This document shows positions 53,111 through 64,000 of a stretch of DNA of 64,000 nt, piece after piece; positions within the stretch are counted from its first letter, which is position 1; every line of letters starts with the position of its first letter. The position numbers and the translations under genes were made by a program. This DNA is from an uncultured Actinomycetota bacterium. GTDB lineage: Bacteria; Actinomycetota; Actinomycetes; JAHEKZ01. The notes beneath the pieces are model-generated. The model saw only the letters and a program-made list of their open reading frames with translations. It searched no databases and was not told where the DNA came from. The DNA is taken from NCBI GenBank assembly GCA_963718235.1, contig CAVQYR010000001.1, positions 928,001 to 992,000 of the forward strand. The letters are read 5' to 3'.

Positions 53111-53745
53111 TGACGGCGAAGCTGCGTGGTCTGCCCCCCGGGCGAGCTGGGCGCATGTGGCTACGCAGACGCCTCGTCGTGGCGGTGCGTGGCGGCGACC
53201 TGCTCGAGCAGAAGCTGCGCATCCTCGTGTCCGAGGAGCAGAGCTTCGCCCTGCAGGCCGAGCAGACGCAGACCGAGTGGGTGGCGGCGGTGCGCGACCT
53301 CGAGCGCTGGGTGCTGAGGGCCACGCTGCTCAGCGGCGCACGGGGGTTACGCCTCGCGGACGACCGTGGGGCGGCGGAGGTCGAGATCGGGTGGCGGCTG
53401 ACGATGGGGGTGCGGTACCCGGCCGAGGCGTCGTTCCAGCTGCCACAGCGCGACGGCGGACGCCCCACTCCGGACAACAGCGCACTGCTCGAGGCAGTCG
53501 GGGCTGCCGAGCGAGCCGTACGAGCCGGGGTCGCCCACGCTGTCGCCTCGGCGGCGCTGGCTGCGGTGCAGGAGGAGATCAGCTCCACCCGCAGGCAGCT
53601 GCGGGCGGTCCGCGAGCGCTGGATCCCACGCCTTGAGTCGGCGCGCACCGCCTTGACGGTCGCACTGGACGACCAGGAGCACGACGAGGGGGTGCGGCTG
53701 CGCTGGGCAGCCGACCGCGCGCGAGGAAGGAAGGTCCGACGATGA
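53107..53745 (+). CDS. A/V-type ATPase subunit D
   Basis: RG.DLLEQK and EI..TRRQLRAV...IPRL. Confidence 0.88.
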   Translation: MMTAKLRGLPPGRAGRMWLRRRLVVAVRGGDLLEQKLRILVSEEQSFALQAEQTQTEWVAAVRDLERWVLRATLLSGARGLRLADDRGAAEVEIGWRLTMGVRYPAEASFQLPQRDGGRPTPDNSALLEAVGAAERAVRAGVAHAVASAALAAVQEEISSTRRQLRAVRERWIPRLESARTALTVALDDQEHDEGVRLRWAADRARGRKVRR

Positions 53746-54173
53746 AGCGGATCCTGCTCGCCGTCGAGGACTCACCGGCCGGGTTGGCCGCGGCCCGCGC
53801 CGCGGTGTACGTCACGGCGTCGTGGTCGGCGGAGCTGCGCGCCGTGCACGTCCTGGTCGACGGTGTCCTGGAAGGTGCGCTCGAGCAGCGTCCCGGTGCC
53901 GTCGAGGTGCGCGGACGCCGAGACGCCGGGGCGGTCGCCGTCCTCCGCCACGTAGCCGGGCTCGCCGAGCGGGCCGGCGTGACCGCCGAGACGCTGGCGC
54001 TCAGTGGCAGTCCGGCGTCATGCATCCTCGAGCAGGCCCGGACCTGGCCCGCCGACCTCGTCGTGATCGGACGGGTCGGGGGAGGACGCCTGGGGCAGCC
54101 CTACGTCGGCTCTGAGGTGCGACACGTGCTCGAGTTCGCCACGGTGCCCGTCCTGGTCGTACCCCCACCGTGA
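53742..54173 (+). CDS. Universal stress protein
   Basis: MKRILLAVEDS, ADLVVIG, VGS and PVLVVP; ATGA overlap with subunit D. Confidence 0.92.
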   Translation: MKRILLAVEDSPAGLAAARAAVYVTASWSAELRAVHVLVDGVLEGALEQRPGAVEVRGRRDAGAVAVLRHVAGLAERAGVTAETLALSGSPASCILEQARTWPADLVVIGRVGGGRLGQPYVGSEVRHVLEFATVPVLVVPPP

Positions 54174-54192
54174 CCTGGTGGCGTCGGACGGG

Positions 54193-55290
54193 TCAGGGCA
54201 CGAGCAGCTGTCGAAGCGCCCGTCCCTGGGCGAGGTCGACGAGTGCCTCAGCGGCTTCGGCCAGAGGACGCCGTGCGCTCACCATCGCCTCGAGGTCCAG
54301 ACGTCCGTCGACCGCCCAGTCGACCAGGCGGGGGATGTCCACGGAGGGGCGGATGCTGCCGTAGTTCGTGCCGATGATCCGTTGGTCGGCCTCGGCCAAG
54401 GCCAGTGGTTCGAACGACGCCCGCTCTCCCTGCGCCGGCAGCCCGACCACGACTGCCGCACCCCCGGGTCCGAGCATCGAGATTGCCTGTTCGGTCGTCG
54501 TCGTGTGCCCGATCGCGTCGAAGGCGTAGTCGGCGCCGTCCGCAAGCAGCTCGCGAACCGCGGTGACCGGGTCACCCAGCGAGGCGTCCACCACGTCGGT
54601 GGCGCCCAGCTGCTGCGCGGTGACGAGCTTGGACGCGACCATGTCCACGGCCACGATGCGCGAGGCCGCGGCCAGCCGCGCCCCCTGAACGACCGACAGG
54701 CCCACGCCGCCCGTGCCGATCACGACCACGGTCCGGTTGGGCTCCACCTTCGCCGCATGGGTGACGGCGCCCACGCCTGTGGCGACGGCGCAGCCGACCA
54801 GTGCGGCAAGGTCCAGCGGGGCGTCCTCGCGGATCTTGATCGCCCCCGAGGCGGGGACGACGGCCCGCTCGGCGAACGACGAGACGCCCAGGTAGTGGTA
54901 GGTGGGATGCCCCGACGTCGACAGCCTGCTCGTGCCGTCGAAGAGCACTCCGCCTCCGGCCACCACACGGGCGTTGGTCAGGCACTGGGTCTCGCGCCCG
55001 AGCAGGCACATGGTGCAGTGCCCGCACGGCGCGTACCAGGACAGCACGACGTGGTCACCGGCGGCCAGGTGCTCGACGCCGGCTCCCACCTGCGCCACCA
55101 CACCGGAGCCCTCGTGACCCATCACGAGCGGAAGGGGGAGCTCCCAGTCGCCCTTGAGCACGTGCAGGTCGCTGTGGCAGACGCCGGCAGCGGCGATCTC
55201 GACCAGGACCTCTCCGGGACCGGGCGGTGCGAGGTCGACCTCGACGATCTCCGGAGCCCGCCCCACCTCGGTGAGCACGACTGCACGCAT
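54193..55290 (-). CDS. Zn-dependent alcohol dehydrogenase
   Basis: Motifs GVCHSD, GHEG, CGHCTMC...C and GTGGVG. Confidence 0.93.
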   Translation of the reverse strand: MRAVVLTEVGRAPEIVEVDLAPPGPGEVLVEIAAAGVCHSDLHVLKGDWELPLPLVMGHEGSGVVAQVGAGVEHLAAGDHVVLSWYAPCGHCTMCLLGRETQCLTNARVVAGGGVLFDGTSRLSTSGHPTYHYLGVSSFAERAVVPASGAIKIREDAPLDLAALVGCAVATGVGAVTHAAKVEPNRTVVVIGTGGVGLSVVQGARLAAASRIVAVDMVASKLVTAQQLGATDVVDASLGDPVTAVRELLADGADYAFDAIGHTTTTEQAISMLGPGGAAVVVGLPAQGERASFEPLALAEADQRIIGTNYGSIRPSVDIPRLVDWAVDGRLDLEAMVSARRPLAEAAEALVDLAQGRALRQLLVP

Positions 55291-55353
55291 CTGCGAACCT
55301 CCTCGGCCGTGACGGGACAGTGGGTGCAGTCTGCTGCCCGGCCGCCTCGACGG

Positions 55354-56043
55354 CTACTCGCCCTCGACGAACCGGTAGCCCATACCAGGCTCGGTCTGCA
55401 GCAGCACCGGCCGTGAGGGGTCGATCTCGAGCTTGCGCCGTAGCTGCCCGACGTAGACCCGCAAGTAGTGCGTCTCGTGCTCGTACCCGGGCCCCCAGAC
55501 CTCCCGCAACAGCTGGCGTTGGCTGACCAGCCGACCACTGTGCCGCACGAGGATCTCCAGGAGGGACCACTCGGTGGGCGTGAGCCGAATGGTCTTTCCC
55601 TCACGTCTCACCGTCTTGGCGGCCAGGTCGATCGTGAGGGTCGGTGTCGTCACGACGACCGGCTCATCGGTGTCGGAGCGCGCCCGCCGCAGCGACGCCC
55701 TCAGCCGCGCGAGCAGCTCATCCATCGCGAACGGCTTCGTCACGTAGTCGTCAGCCCCGGCGTCCAGCGCGCCGACCTTGTCGTGTGACGACTGGCGTGC
55801 CGACAGGACGACGATCGGCACGGTGGTCCAGCCGCGTAGCCCGGCGATGACCTCGGTGCCGTCCATGTCCGGGAGACCGAGGTCCAGGACGACGACGTCA
55901 GGGTGCCGGTCCGCGGCGATGCGCAGGGCCTGACCGCCGCTGCTGGCCAGGTCGACCTCGTAGCCACGAGCGCGCAGGTTGATCCCGAGCGCCCGGGCGA
56001 GGGTCGGGTCGTCCTCGACGCACAGGATCCGGCTACCGCTCAT
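55354..56043 (-). CDS. kdpE: Response regulator KdpE
   Basis: Motifs LDLGLPD, GADDYVTKPF and YLRVYVGQLRRKLE. Confidence 0.93.
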   Translation of the reverse strand: MSGSRILCVEDDPTLARALGINLRARGYEVDLASSGGQALRIAADRHPDVVVLDLGLPDMDGTEVIAGLRGWTTVPIVVLSARQSSHDKVGALDAGADDYVTKPFAMDELLARLRASLRRARSDTDEPVVVTTPTLTIDLAAKTVRREGKTIRLTPTEWSLLEILVRHSGRLVSQRQLLREVWGPGYEHETHYLRVYVGQLRRKLEIDPSRPVLLQTEPGMGYRFVEGE

Positions 56044-58579
56044 GGGCCGCCTCCCCCTCGGGAGGGTGCGCCTCACCGGTCGGCACCCGGACGGCTGCGG
56101 GGACGCTCAGCACCATGGTGAGCCCTCCGCCGGGGGTGTCCTCGGCGCGCAGGTCTCCTCCGAGCGCCTCGGCGAACCCTCGGGCGACAGCGAGCCCGAG
56201 CCCAACGCCCTCACCTGCCGGTGCGTCCCCCAGCCGTTGGAAGGCCTGGAACATCCGGTTCTTGTCCTGGTCGACAACCCCTGGTCCGGCGTCACTGACC
56301 TGCAGCTGGACCGTCTCGTCGACCGCGCAGGCGGAGACCCGCACGGGCACCCCGGAGGGGCTGTGGCGCACGGCGTTCTCGAGGACGTTGGCGACGACTC
56401 GCTCCAGAAGTCCGCCGTCGGCGATCACGTCGGGGGTGTCATCGGCGATGTCGATGCGGATCGACTCCGGTGGGAGCGGATCCGCGGCGCGAGCGACGAT
56501 GTCGGTGAGTGCGACCTCGTCGCGCCGCGGCCGCACGGCTCCCGTCTGCAGCCGGCTCAGGTCCAGCAGGTTGGTCAGCAGGGCATCGAGTCGGTCGGTG
56601 CTCTCCTCGACGGCGGCGAGCAGCTCCTCGCGCTCGTCCGGTGTCCAGGAGACATCGGACTGGCGCAGACTGGAGACGCCGGCCTTGATCCCAGCCAGGG
56701 GGGTGCGCACGTCGTGCGAGACCGCAGCGAGGATCGCGGTGCGCAGTGCGTCGACCTCTGCGAGGCGTCCAGCCTCTTGGGCCTTCTCGCGCAGTCGGTC
56801 CCGGTCGAGCAGTGCCACGGTGTGCGCAGCGAAGGCGTCGAGGACACGGCGGTCCCCCGCGTCCAACGTGCGACCGCGCATCAGCAGAGTGCGTCGGTCG
56901 TCGATGGGCACCGTGGTGTCGGCGTCCTCCGGGGTGAGCAGGGGTGACTGGGTGCCGACGTGGTCCACCACGACCCAAGGAGAGCGCTGGTCCGCCCGCT
57001 CCACCAGCGAGACGCCGTCCTGGCCGAAGGACTCCTGCAGCCGGGCCAGGAGTGCCCCGGTTCCCGTCTCCGAGCGCACGACGTCACCGGCCAGGGTGGA
57101 CAGGGCCTGGGCCTCGCCGCTGGCCCGGGCAGCGTCGGCTGAGCGCCGCGCGGCGAAGTCGACGACGAGGGCCACCGCGACCGCGATGACGACGAAGACG
57201 AACAGGGCGAGGACGTTCTCGAGCTCCGCGATGGTCAGGGTTCCGGTGGGCGGGGTGAAGAAGAAGTTCAGCAGCAGGCTGGCGAGCACAGCCCCGACGA
57301 CCGCCGGCCAGAGGCCGCCCACCAGGGCCACTGCGACGCTGAGAGCAAGGAAGAGCAAGAGGTCCGTGGTGAGCCCCAGCTGCTCGGTGAGCTGCAGGAG
57401 CAGCCAGGTCAGCACCCACGGTCCGAGGACCGCTAGAGCCCAACCGGCCCCCCGTCGCCGGTCCGACAGGGAGCGTCGGGTGCGGGCCCGCCCACGTCCC
57501 CCGGCCCGCTCGTGGGTCACGACGTGCACGTCGATGTCACCGGACTCGCGCACGATCGTGTCGCCGGTCCACGGCTGAAGGAGCGATGCCAGCCGACCTC
57601 TTCGACTGGCGCCGATCACGAGCTGGCTGGCGTTGACGCCGTGGGCGAACTCCAGCAGTGAGGCGGCGGTGTCGTCCCCAACCACCGCGTGGAAGGTGCC
57701 ACCCAGGCTCTCGACCAGGGCACGCTGCCGGGCCAGGGCGTCGGGGTTGGAGGGTGAGATGCCGTCGCCACGGGCCACGTGCACGGCGAGGAGGTCTCGG
57801 CCCGCCGCACGGCCGGTGATCCGCGCAGCGCGGCGGATCAGTGCCTCGCCCTCAGGTCCACCGGTGAGCGCCACGACGATGCGTTCACGGGCGGGCCACG
57901 GAGCCTCGATCCCCTGCTCCTGCCGGTACCGAGCCAGACCCTCGTCGACCCGGTCGGCGACCCAGAGCAGGGCGAGCTCGCGCAGGGCTGACAGGTTGCC
58001 CAGCCGGAAGTAGTTGGAGAGTGCTGCGTCGATCTTCTCCGGCGGATAGACGTTGCCGTGGGACATGCGCCTGCGCAGCGCTTCTGGTGACATGTCCGCG
58101 AGCTCGATCTGGTCGGCCTTGCGCACGACCTCGTCGGGCACGGTCTCCCGCTGTCCGACGCCGGTGATCGACTCGACGACATCATTGAGGGACTCGAGGT
58201 GCTGGACGTTCACTGTCGTGATGACGTCGATGCCTGCCTCGAGCAGGGTCTCGACGTCCTGCCACCGCTTCTCGTGCCGCCCGCCCGGGATGTTCGTGTG
58301 GGCCAGCTCGTCGACGAGGGCGACCTCTGGGCGACGGGCGAGGACGGCGTCGAGGTCCATCTCGGTGAACGACGCGCCGCGGTACTCCACGACCTTGCGG
58401 GGGACGGTCTCCATGCCTTCGGTCATGGCGGCCGTCAGGGGTCGGCCGTGGTCCTCGACGAAGCCGATGACCAGGTCGGTGCCACGGTCCAGACGGCGGC
58501 GGCCCTCGCCGAGCATGGCGTAGGTCTTGCCGACGCCCGGGGCCGCGCCCAGGTACACCCGCAGTCGACCTCGCGCCAT
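56033..58579 (-). CDS. kdpD: Sensor kinase KdpD
   Basis: Motifs GAAPGVGKTYAML, DELAHTN, SHDVRTPL and GLGL. Confidence 0.96.
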   Translation of the reverse strand: MARGRLRVYLGAAPGVGKTYAMLGEGRRRLDRGTDLVIGFVEDHGRPLTAAMTEGMETVPRKVVEYRGASFTEMDLDAVLARRPEVALVDELAHTNIPGGRHEKRWQDVETLLEAGIDVITTVNVQHLESLNDVVESITGVGQRETVPDEVVRKADQIELADMSPEALRRRMSHGNVYPPEKIDAALSNYFRLGNLSALRELALLWVADRVDEGLARYRQEQGIEAPWPARERIVVALTGGPEGEALIRRAARITGRAAGRDLLAVHVARGDGISPSNPDALARQRALVESLGGTFHAVVGDDTAASLLEFAHGVNASQLVIGASRRGRLASLLQPWTGDTIVRESGDIDVHVVTHERAGGRGRARTRRSLSDRRRGAGWALAVLGPWVLTWLLLQLTEQLGLTTDLLLFLALSVAVALVGGLWPAVVGAVLASLLLNFFFTPPTGTLTIAELENVLALFVFVVIAVAVALVVDFAARRSADAARASGEAQALSTLAGDVVRSETGTGALLARLQESFGQDGVSLVERADQRSPWVVVDHVGTQSPLLTPEDADTTVPIDDRRTLLMRGRTLDAGDRRVLDAFAAHTVALLDRDRLREKAQEAGRLAEVDALRTAILAAVSHDVRTPLAGIKAGVSSLRQSDVSWTPDEREELLAAVEESTDRLDALLTNLLDLSRLQTGAVRPRRDEVALTDIVARAADPLPPESIRIDIADDTPDVIADGGLLERVVANVLENAVRHSPSGVPVRVSACAVDETVQLQVSDAGPGVVDQDKNRMFQAFQRLGDAPAGEGVGLGLAVARGFAEALGGDLRAEDTPGGGLTMVLSVPAAVRVPTGEAHPPEGEAAHER

Positions 58580-58629
58580 GACGTCATCCTCTCAGGAAGG
58601 GGACGAGCATCCCGGGGAGCGACCGCAGC

Positions 58630-59211
58630 TCACTGGCTGAGCTCCTGCAGAGCCAGGTTCAGCTCGAGCACGTTGACGGTCGGCGCTCCGAGGAAGCCGA
58701 GAACGCGACCATCGGTGTGCTCGTCGACGAGCTGCTGGACGGCTGCGGCGTCCAGCCCGCGCGCGTCGGCGACCCTCGCCACCTGCTGCTGGGCGTAGGC
58801 CGGGGAGATGTGCGGGTCCAGGCCGCTGCCGCTGGCGGTCAGTGCGTCGGGCGGCACATCGGACGGCGCAACGCCGTCCAGCTCGGCGGCGTCCACCTTG
58901 CGCTGCTCGACCAGGTCGAGCAGCTCAGCACTGCTCGGGCCGAGGTTGGACGCGCCGGAGGACATGGCGTCGTACCCGTCGCCGGCGGCGGACGGACGAG
59001 GCAGGAACCACTCCGGCCCGGTGAATGCCTGGCCGATCAGGCGTGAGCCGACCTGCTGGTCATCGACGGTGAGGATCGAGCCGTTGGCCCGGTCGTGGAA
59101 CGCCAGCTGACCGACGCCGAACACGACGAGGGGGTAGGCGATGCCAAGCACGACGGTCAGCACAAGCATGGTGCGTAGGGCAACGAACAGGTAGCGAAGT
59201 CCGACGTTCAT
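58630..59211 (-). CDS. kdpC: K+-transporting ATPase subunit C
   Basis: Motifs GSRLIGQ, SGASNLGP, TASGSGLDPHIS and VNVLELN. Confidence 0.96.
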   Translation of the reverse strand: MNVGLRYLFVALRTMLVLTVVLGIAYPLVVFGVGQLAFHDRANGSILTVDDQQVGSRLIGQAFTGPEWFLPRPSAAGDGYDAMSSGASNLGPSSAELLDLVEQRKVDAAELDGVAPSDVPPDALTASGSGLDPHISPAYAQQQVARVADARGLDAAAVQQLVDEHTDGRVLGFLGAPTVNVLELNLALQELSQ

Positions 59212-59212
59212 G

Positions 59213-61282
59213 TCAGCCGATCCCTGGGATGAGTGAGACGAGGAGGTCGAGCAGCTTGATGCCGACGAACGGGGCGACGATGCCGCCAAGGCCGTAGATG
59301 AGCAGGTTTCGGCTGAGCATCTTCGACGCCGACTGCGGCTTGTAGCGAACGCCGCGCAGTGCCAGCGGCACCAGTGCGACGATCACCAACGCGTTGAAGA
59401 TGACGGCGGAGAGGATCGCCGACTCCGGCGTCGACAGCCGCATGATGTTGAGCTGGTCCAGCCCGGGGTAGGCCACGACGAACATGGCCGGGATGATCGC
59501 GAAGTACTTCGCGACGTCGTTGGCGATCGAGAACGTGGTGAGGGAACCCCTGGTGATGAGCAGCTGCTTGCCGATCTCCACGATCTCGATGAGCTTCGTC
59601 GGGTTGGAGTCGAGGTCCACCATGTTGCCGGCCTCTTTGGCGGCTGAGGTACCGGTGTTCATGGCGACACCGACATCGGCCTGGGCCAGCGCCGGTGCGT
59701 CGTTCGTTCCGTCACCGGTCATCGCCACCAGGCGACCTCCCGCCTGCTCCTGCTTGATCAGCGCCATCTTGTCCTCGGGAGTGGCCTCGGCGAGAAAGTC
59801 ATCGACCCCTGCCTCCTCGGCGATCGCGCGGGCCGTCAGCGGGTTGTCCCCGGTGATCATCACCGTGCGGATCCCCATGCGACGCAGCTCGTCGAACCGC
59901 TCGCGCATGCCCTCCTTCACGACGTCCTTGAGGTGGATGACCCCGAGCACGTGGGCCTGTGAGCCGACCGACTCGGCCACCACCAGCGGCGTGCCACCGG
60001 AGACGGAGACGGCGTCGACGGCCTCACCGACCTCGGCCGGCACCCGACCTTCGACATCGCGAACCCAGCTCAGCACGGCAGCCGCTGCACCCTTGCGGAT
60101 CTGTCGGACCTGGCCGTCCTCGGCCAGGTCGACCCCGCTCATCCGGGTCTGCGCGGTGAACGGCACGAAGGTGGCATGGCCGAGCTCCCCCTCCTCGCGC
60201 CCACGCAGCCCGTACCGCTGCTTGGCCAGCACCACCACGGACCGGCCCTCTGGGGTCTCGTCTGCGAGACTCGACAGCTGTGCGGCGTCCGCCAGTGCCG
60301 TCTCATCGACCCCTGGCATGGCGATCAGCTCGAAGGCCTGTCGGTTCCCCAGGGTGATGGTTCCCGTCTTGTCGAGCAGCAGCGTGTCGACGTCGCCCGC
60401 GGCCTCGACCGCGCGGCCCGACATCGCGAGCACGTTGCGCTGAACGAGCCGGTCCATACCGGCGATGCCAATGGCTGACAGCAGCGCACCGATCGTGGTG
60501 GGGATCAGACAGACCAGCAACGCGACGAGCACGATGATGGTCTGCGGCGCACCTGAGTAGATCGCCAACGGCTGGAGTGAGACCACGGCGAGCAGGAAGA
60601 CGATGGTCAGGCTGGCGAGCAGGATGTTGAGTGCGATCTCGTTCGGGGTCTTCTGCCTGGAGGCACCCTCCACCAGGGCGATCATCCGGTCGATGAAGGT
60701 CTCGCCAGGCTTGCTCGTGATCAGGACGACGATCCGGTCGGACAGCACCTTCGTGCCGCCGGTCACTGCGCTGCGGTCGCCACCGGACTCGCGGATGACC
60801 GGCGCTGACTCTCCGGTGATGGCCGACTCGTCAACGGTTGCGACACCCTCGACGACGTCGCCGTCACCAGGGATGACTTCCCCTGCGACGATGACCACTC
60901 GGTCGCCCGGAAGCAGCTCGGTGGCCGATACCGACTCTTCGCTGCCGTCGACCGTGAGCCGTCGGGCGATCGTGTCGGTCCGCGCTTGGCGCAGGGTGGC
61001 TGCCTGGGCGCGCCCGCGACCTTCGGCGACCGCCTCGGCCAGGTTGGCGAAGAGCACGGTGAGCCAGAGCCAGCCGGTGATCAGCGAGGCGAAGGTGCTG
61101 GGCTCGACGATGGCCATGACGGTCGTGAACACAGCGCCGACGAGCACGACGAACATGACCGGGTTGCGGACCATGTCGCGCGGGCTGAGCTTGCGGGCGG
61201 CATCGGGCAGTGACCGCAACAGCTGCTGCGGGTCGAACAGACCCGCGGCCACTCCCCGCTGGGAGACGGTGACAGACGACAT
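59213..61282 (-). CDS. kdpB: K+-transporting ATPase subunit B
   Basis: Motifs TGES, DKTGT and [10 protein letters not shown]. Confidence 0.97.
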   Translation of the reverse strand: MSSVTVSQRGVAAGLFDPQQLLRSLPDAARKLSPRDMVRNPVMFVVLVGAVFTTVMAIVEPSTFASLITGWLWLTVLFANLAEAVAEGRGRAQAATLRQARTDTIARRLTVDGSEESVSATELLPGDRVVIVAGEVIPGDGDVVEGVATVDESAITGESAPVIRESGGDRSAVTGGTKVLSDRIVVLITSKPGETFIDRMIALVEGASRQKTPNEIALNILLASLTIVFLLAVVSLQPLAIYSGAPQTIIVLVALLVCLIPTTIGALLSAIGIAGMDRLVQRNVLAMSGRAVEAAGDVDTLLLDKTGTITLGNRQAFELIAMPGVDETALADAAQLSSLADETPEGRSVVVLAKQRYGLRGREEGELGHATFVPFTAQTRMSGVDLAEDGQVRQIRKGAAAAVLSWVRDVEGRVPAEVGEAVDAVSVSGGTPLVVAESVGSQAHVLGVIHLKDVVKEGMRERFDELRRMGIRTVMITGDNPLTARAIAEEAGVDDFLAEATPEDKMALIKQEQAGGRLVAMTGDGTNDAPALAQADVGVAMNTGTSAAKEAGNMVDLDSNPTKLIEIVEIGKQLLITRGSLTTFSIANDVAKYFAIIPAMFVVAYPGLDQLNIMRLSTPESAILSAVIFNALVIVALVPLALRGVRYKPQSASKMLSRNLLIYGLGGIVAPFVGIKLLDLLVSLIPGIG

Positions 61283-62943
61283 CAGAAGAGCCCTTCTGCG
61301 AGTGGTCCCAGTGCGAGCGCGGGGAAGTAGGTGAGGCCGGTGACGATGAGCGCCACGCCGGCGACGAGCCCGACGAACAGGGGTCGGTACGCCGGCAGGG
61401 TGCCTTCGGTCTCGGGCACGTGGCGCTGCTGCGCCAGCGATCCCGCCAGAGCCATCACCAGGACCATGGGAATGAATCGACCCAGGATCACCGCAATGCC
61501 GAGGCCGGTGTTGTAGAACGGTGTGTTGGCGTTCAGGCCCGCGAACGCGCTGCCGTTGTTGTTGCCGGCCGACGTGAAGGCGTAGAGCACCTCGGTCAGC
61601 CCGTGCGGACCGGCGTTGAGGATCGACTCCCGAGAACCGGGTAGGGCCATGGCGATCCCCGTACCGATGAGCACGACTGCCGGCACGCTGAGGATGTAGA
61701 GGGAGACGAGCTTCATCTCGCGGGGACCGATCTTCTTGCCCAGGTACTCCGGTGTCCGCCCGACCATGAGGCCGGCGATGAAGACCGTGAGGATCGCCAT
61801 GATCAGCATCCCGTACAGTCCGCTCCCCACTCCACCGGGACTGATCTCACCCAGTAGCATGTCGAACAGGACCAGGCCGCCACCGAAGGGTGTGTACGAC
61901 GAGAAGAACGAGTTGACCGCGCCGGTCGACGTAGACGTCGTGGCGACCCCGAACAGAGCCGACGACGGCACACCGAACCGAGTCTCCTTGCCTTCCATGG
62001 CCGCACCGGCGGCCTGCAACGCAACTCCGCCGTGCTGCATCTCCGACCACACGGTCAGCCCCAACATTGCGACGAACAGCACGACCATTACCGCGAGAAT
62101 CGCGTAGCCGTGACGACGGCTCCCGACCATGCGCCCGAAGGTCCGGGTCAGCGAGATCGGGATCAGCAGGATCAGAAAGATCTCGAACAGGTTGGCCCAC
62201 GCGGTCGGGTTCTCGAAGGGGTGGGCGGAGTTGGCGTTGTAGAACCCACCACCGTTGGTCCCGAGCTCCTTGATGACCTCCTGCGAGGCAACCGGGCCAC
62301 CGGGTATCGTCTGCGCTCCACCTACGAGGGTCGTGATGTCCGTCGGGTCGGTGAAGTTCTGCACGACACCGGCGGCGAGAAGCACCAGAGCACCGATGAA
62401 GGCGAGCGGAAGCAGAATCCGCACGCAGGTACGCACCAGGTCGGTCCAGAAGTTCCCGATCCGGTCGGTCTTGGTGCGGGTGAAGGCGCGCACGAGGGTG
62501 ATGGCGACTGCCATGCCGACCGCAGCGCTGACGAAGTTCTGGACAGCGAGCCCAGCCATCTGGACCAGATAGCCCATCGTGACCTCGCCGGAGTACGACT
62601 GCCAGTTGGTGTTGGTCACGAACGAGGCAGCGGTGTTGAAGGCCTGGTCGGCGGGTACCGCGGGGAACCCCAGCGACATCGGCAGCCACTGCTGGACGCG
62701 CTGGAAGGCGAAGAGCAGCAGCACCGACACGACGGAGAAGGCGAGCACGCTGCGCAGGTACACCGTCCACCGCTGGTCGGCGTCCGGGTCGACACCCATG
62801 ATCCGGTAGAGGCCCCGCTCCACAGCAAGATGCCGCTTGGACTCGTAGACCCGGGCCATGTAGTCGCCGAAGGGGCGGTAGGCGAGAGCCAGAGCGAGGA
62901 TCAGGACAGCGAGGGTGATCAGGAAAGCAACGAGGTCACTCAT
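61282..62943 (-). CDS. kdpA: K+-transporting ATPase subunit A
   Basis: Motifs [23 protein letters not shown] and NNNGSAF. Confidence 0.97.
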   Translation of the reverse strand: MSDLVAFLITLAVLILALALAYRPFGDYMARVYESKRHLAVERGLYRIMGVDPDADQRWTVYLRSVLAFSVVSVLLLFAFQRVQQWLPMSLGFPAVPADQAFNTAASFVTNTNWQSYSGEVTMGYLVQMAGLAVQNFVSAAVGMAVAITLVRAFTRTKTDRIGNFWTDLVRTCVRILLPLAFIGALVLLAAGVVQNFTDPTDITTLVGGAQTIPGGPVASQEVIKELGTNGGGFYNANSAHPFENPTAWANLFEIFLILLIPISLTRTFGRMVGSRRHGYAILAVMVVLFVAMLGLTVWSEMQHGGVALQAAGAAMEGKETRFGVPSSALFGVATTSTSTGAVNSFFSSYTPFGGGLVLFDMLLGEISPGGVGSGLYGMLIMAILTVFIAGLMVGRTPEYLGKKIGPREMKLVSLYILSVPAVVLIGTGIAMALPGSRESILNAGPHGLTEVLYAFTSAGNNNGSAFAGLNANTPFYNTGLGIAVILGRFIPMVLVMALAGSLAQQRHVPETEGTLPAYRPLFVGLVAGVALIVTGLTYFPALALGPLAEGLF

Positions 62944-63032
62944 CAGAACCGCTCCGGGAAGACGAGGGCGACCACCAGGTACACGACGAGGGCGACCGCT
63001 ATGACGAGGCCAGCGGCCTCACTGATGCTCAT
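62943..63032 (-). CDS. kdpF: KdpF peptide
   Basis: [29 protein letters not shown]; the stop overlaps the kdpA start. Confidence 0.93.
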   Translation of the reverse strand: MSISEAAGLVIAVALVVYLVVALVFPERF

Positions 63033-63112
63033 AGCCGCTCGACCCCCTTGGCGACCAGCAGGAGGAGCCCGAAGAGGGCGAGGACGAGCACGACGAGCAG
63101 AGCATCGGCCAT
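63029..63112 (-). CDS. 27-aa membrane peptide upstream of kdpF
   Basis: [27 protein letters not shown]; GGGAG RBS; ATGA overlap with kdpF. Confidence 0.8.
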   Translation of the reverse strand: MADALLVVLVLALFGLLLLVAKGVERL

Positions 63113-63211
63113 GGCGGAGCACTCCCAGCGTTGACGGCTCCTCCGGTCTACCGCCAGCGGGCGGTGCCGCGCCGACTTCCTTTCGCCGTCCTGACGTGGT
63201 GCCGCTGCTTC

Positions 63212-63228
63212 TTGACGCCCCTTTGACG
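63212..63228. promoter_or_regulatory. Candidate KdpE binding site
   Basis: TTGACG direct repeat at 63212 and 63223 (11-bp period, OmpR-family geometry) upstream of the kdp operon. Confidence 0.55.
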
Positions 63229-63280
63229 TCGTCTGGCCCAGGGGCCCGACAAGTGATCAAGTGGTGCCTGGTCAGCACAT

Positions 63281-63733
63281 CTAGCTGAGGCAGAACTCGT
63301 TGCCTTCGGGGTCGAGCATGGTGACCGCGTAGTAGTCCATGTCGTCGGTGCCGAGGACCCGCACCTGAGTGGCGCCAAGGCTCACGAGACGGTCGACCTC
63401 GGCGTCTACCAGCAAGCGCCGTGTGTCCTTCGGCGCGCTGCGCCCGTCGGTGACGTCGATGTCGATGTGCAGGCGGTTCTTGCCGACCTTGGGCTCGGGA
63501 ACGGGCTGGAACCAGATGCGAGGCCGGATCCCCTCGGGGTCGACGATCGAGTCGTGCGGGTCCTCGTCGTCGGGCAGCTCCTCTTCGGGTACACCGATGC
63601 TGCGCCAGTACCCGACCCAGGTCGCATGACCTTCCGGCGGGGGCTCGACGACGTAACCGAGCGCCGCGGACCAGAACGGCACGAGCAGTGCCGGGTCGGT
63701 GCAGTCGACCGTGACCTGCCACTTCCGGGCCAT
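63281..63733 (-). CDS. VOC/glyoxalase-like protein
   Basis: Motifs VTVDC.DP, FWSAALGY, FQPVPEPK..KNRLHID and DPEGNEFC. Confidence 0.92.
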   Translation of the reverse strand: MARKWQVTVDCTDPALLVPFWSAALGYVVEPPPEGHATWVGYWRSIGVPEEELPDDEDPHDSIVDPEGIRPRIWFQPVPEPKVGKNRLHIDIDVTDGRSAPKDTRRLLVDAEVDRLVSLGATQVRVLGTDDMDYYAVTMLDPEGNEFCLS

Positions 63734-63744
63734 GGTCCTCCTTG

Positions 63745-64000
63745 TCAGCTCGGTGTCGAACGGGTGCGTCGGGGGAGCAGCAGTGCGGCGCCGACCAGGA
63801 AGCACAGCGCGCCCAGGAACGTCCCGCCGTTGGACCACCTGGCGTTGAGCAGCGCGTCGGAGCTCGGGTCGGTGAACGCGCCGACGGCCGACAGGCCGAA
63901 GAACACCGAGCCGAGCATGTTCAGGGCGGCGATCGTCCAGGAGCGGCCGCGGACATGGTCGTGCCGCCGCCTGCGCACCTCGGGAAGGAGAGCCAGGCCA
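63745..64000 (-). CDS. YrhK-like membrane protein, 3' part only
   Basis: NMLGSVFFGLSA and GTFLGALCFLVGA; open to the window end. Confidence 0.7.
   Translation of the reverse strand, partial: GLALLPEVRRRRHDHVRGRSWTIAALNMLGSVFFGLSAVGAFTDPSSDALLNARWSNGGTFLGALCFLVGAALLLPRRTRSTPS

Overview
High-GC actinobacterial chromosome segment. Several isolated 1-bp indels suggest a long-read or metagenome assembly. In order it carries: a GH15 hydrolase/zwf pair; proline iminopeptidase; a Tad/Flp pilus cluster; a frameshifted stand-alone DUF4118 gene; a flavin amine oxidase bracketed by a 65-bp direct repeat plus an IS3-like scar; lipase, lipoprotein and M15 peptidase genes; the core prfB-ftsEX-M23-S41-smpB block; a 7-kb insert (S1P-lyase-like enzyme, FGGY kinase, DUF2207, antiporter, lipoprotein) before tmRNA (31699-32066); an accessory region of regulator/enzyme pairs; a complete nine-gene A/V-type ATPase operon ending in a universal stress protein and preceded by a DosR/OsdR-like box; a Zn-dependent alcohol dehydrogenase; and kdpFABC-kdpDE with an extra unannotated 27-aa membrane peptide. 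The best candidate for an under-described system is the putatively hypoxia/dormancy-regulated A/V-type ATPase with a short I subunit. No CRISPR array, tRNA, rRNA or integrase was seen. All family calls come from motif recognition by eye, not database searches.
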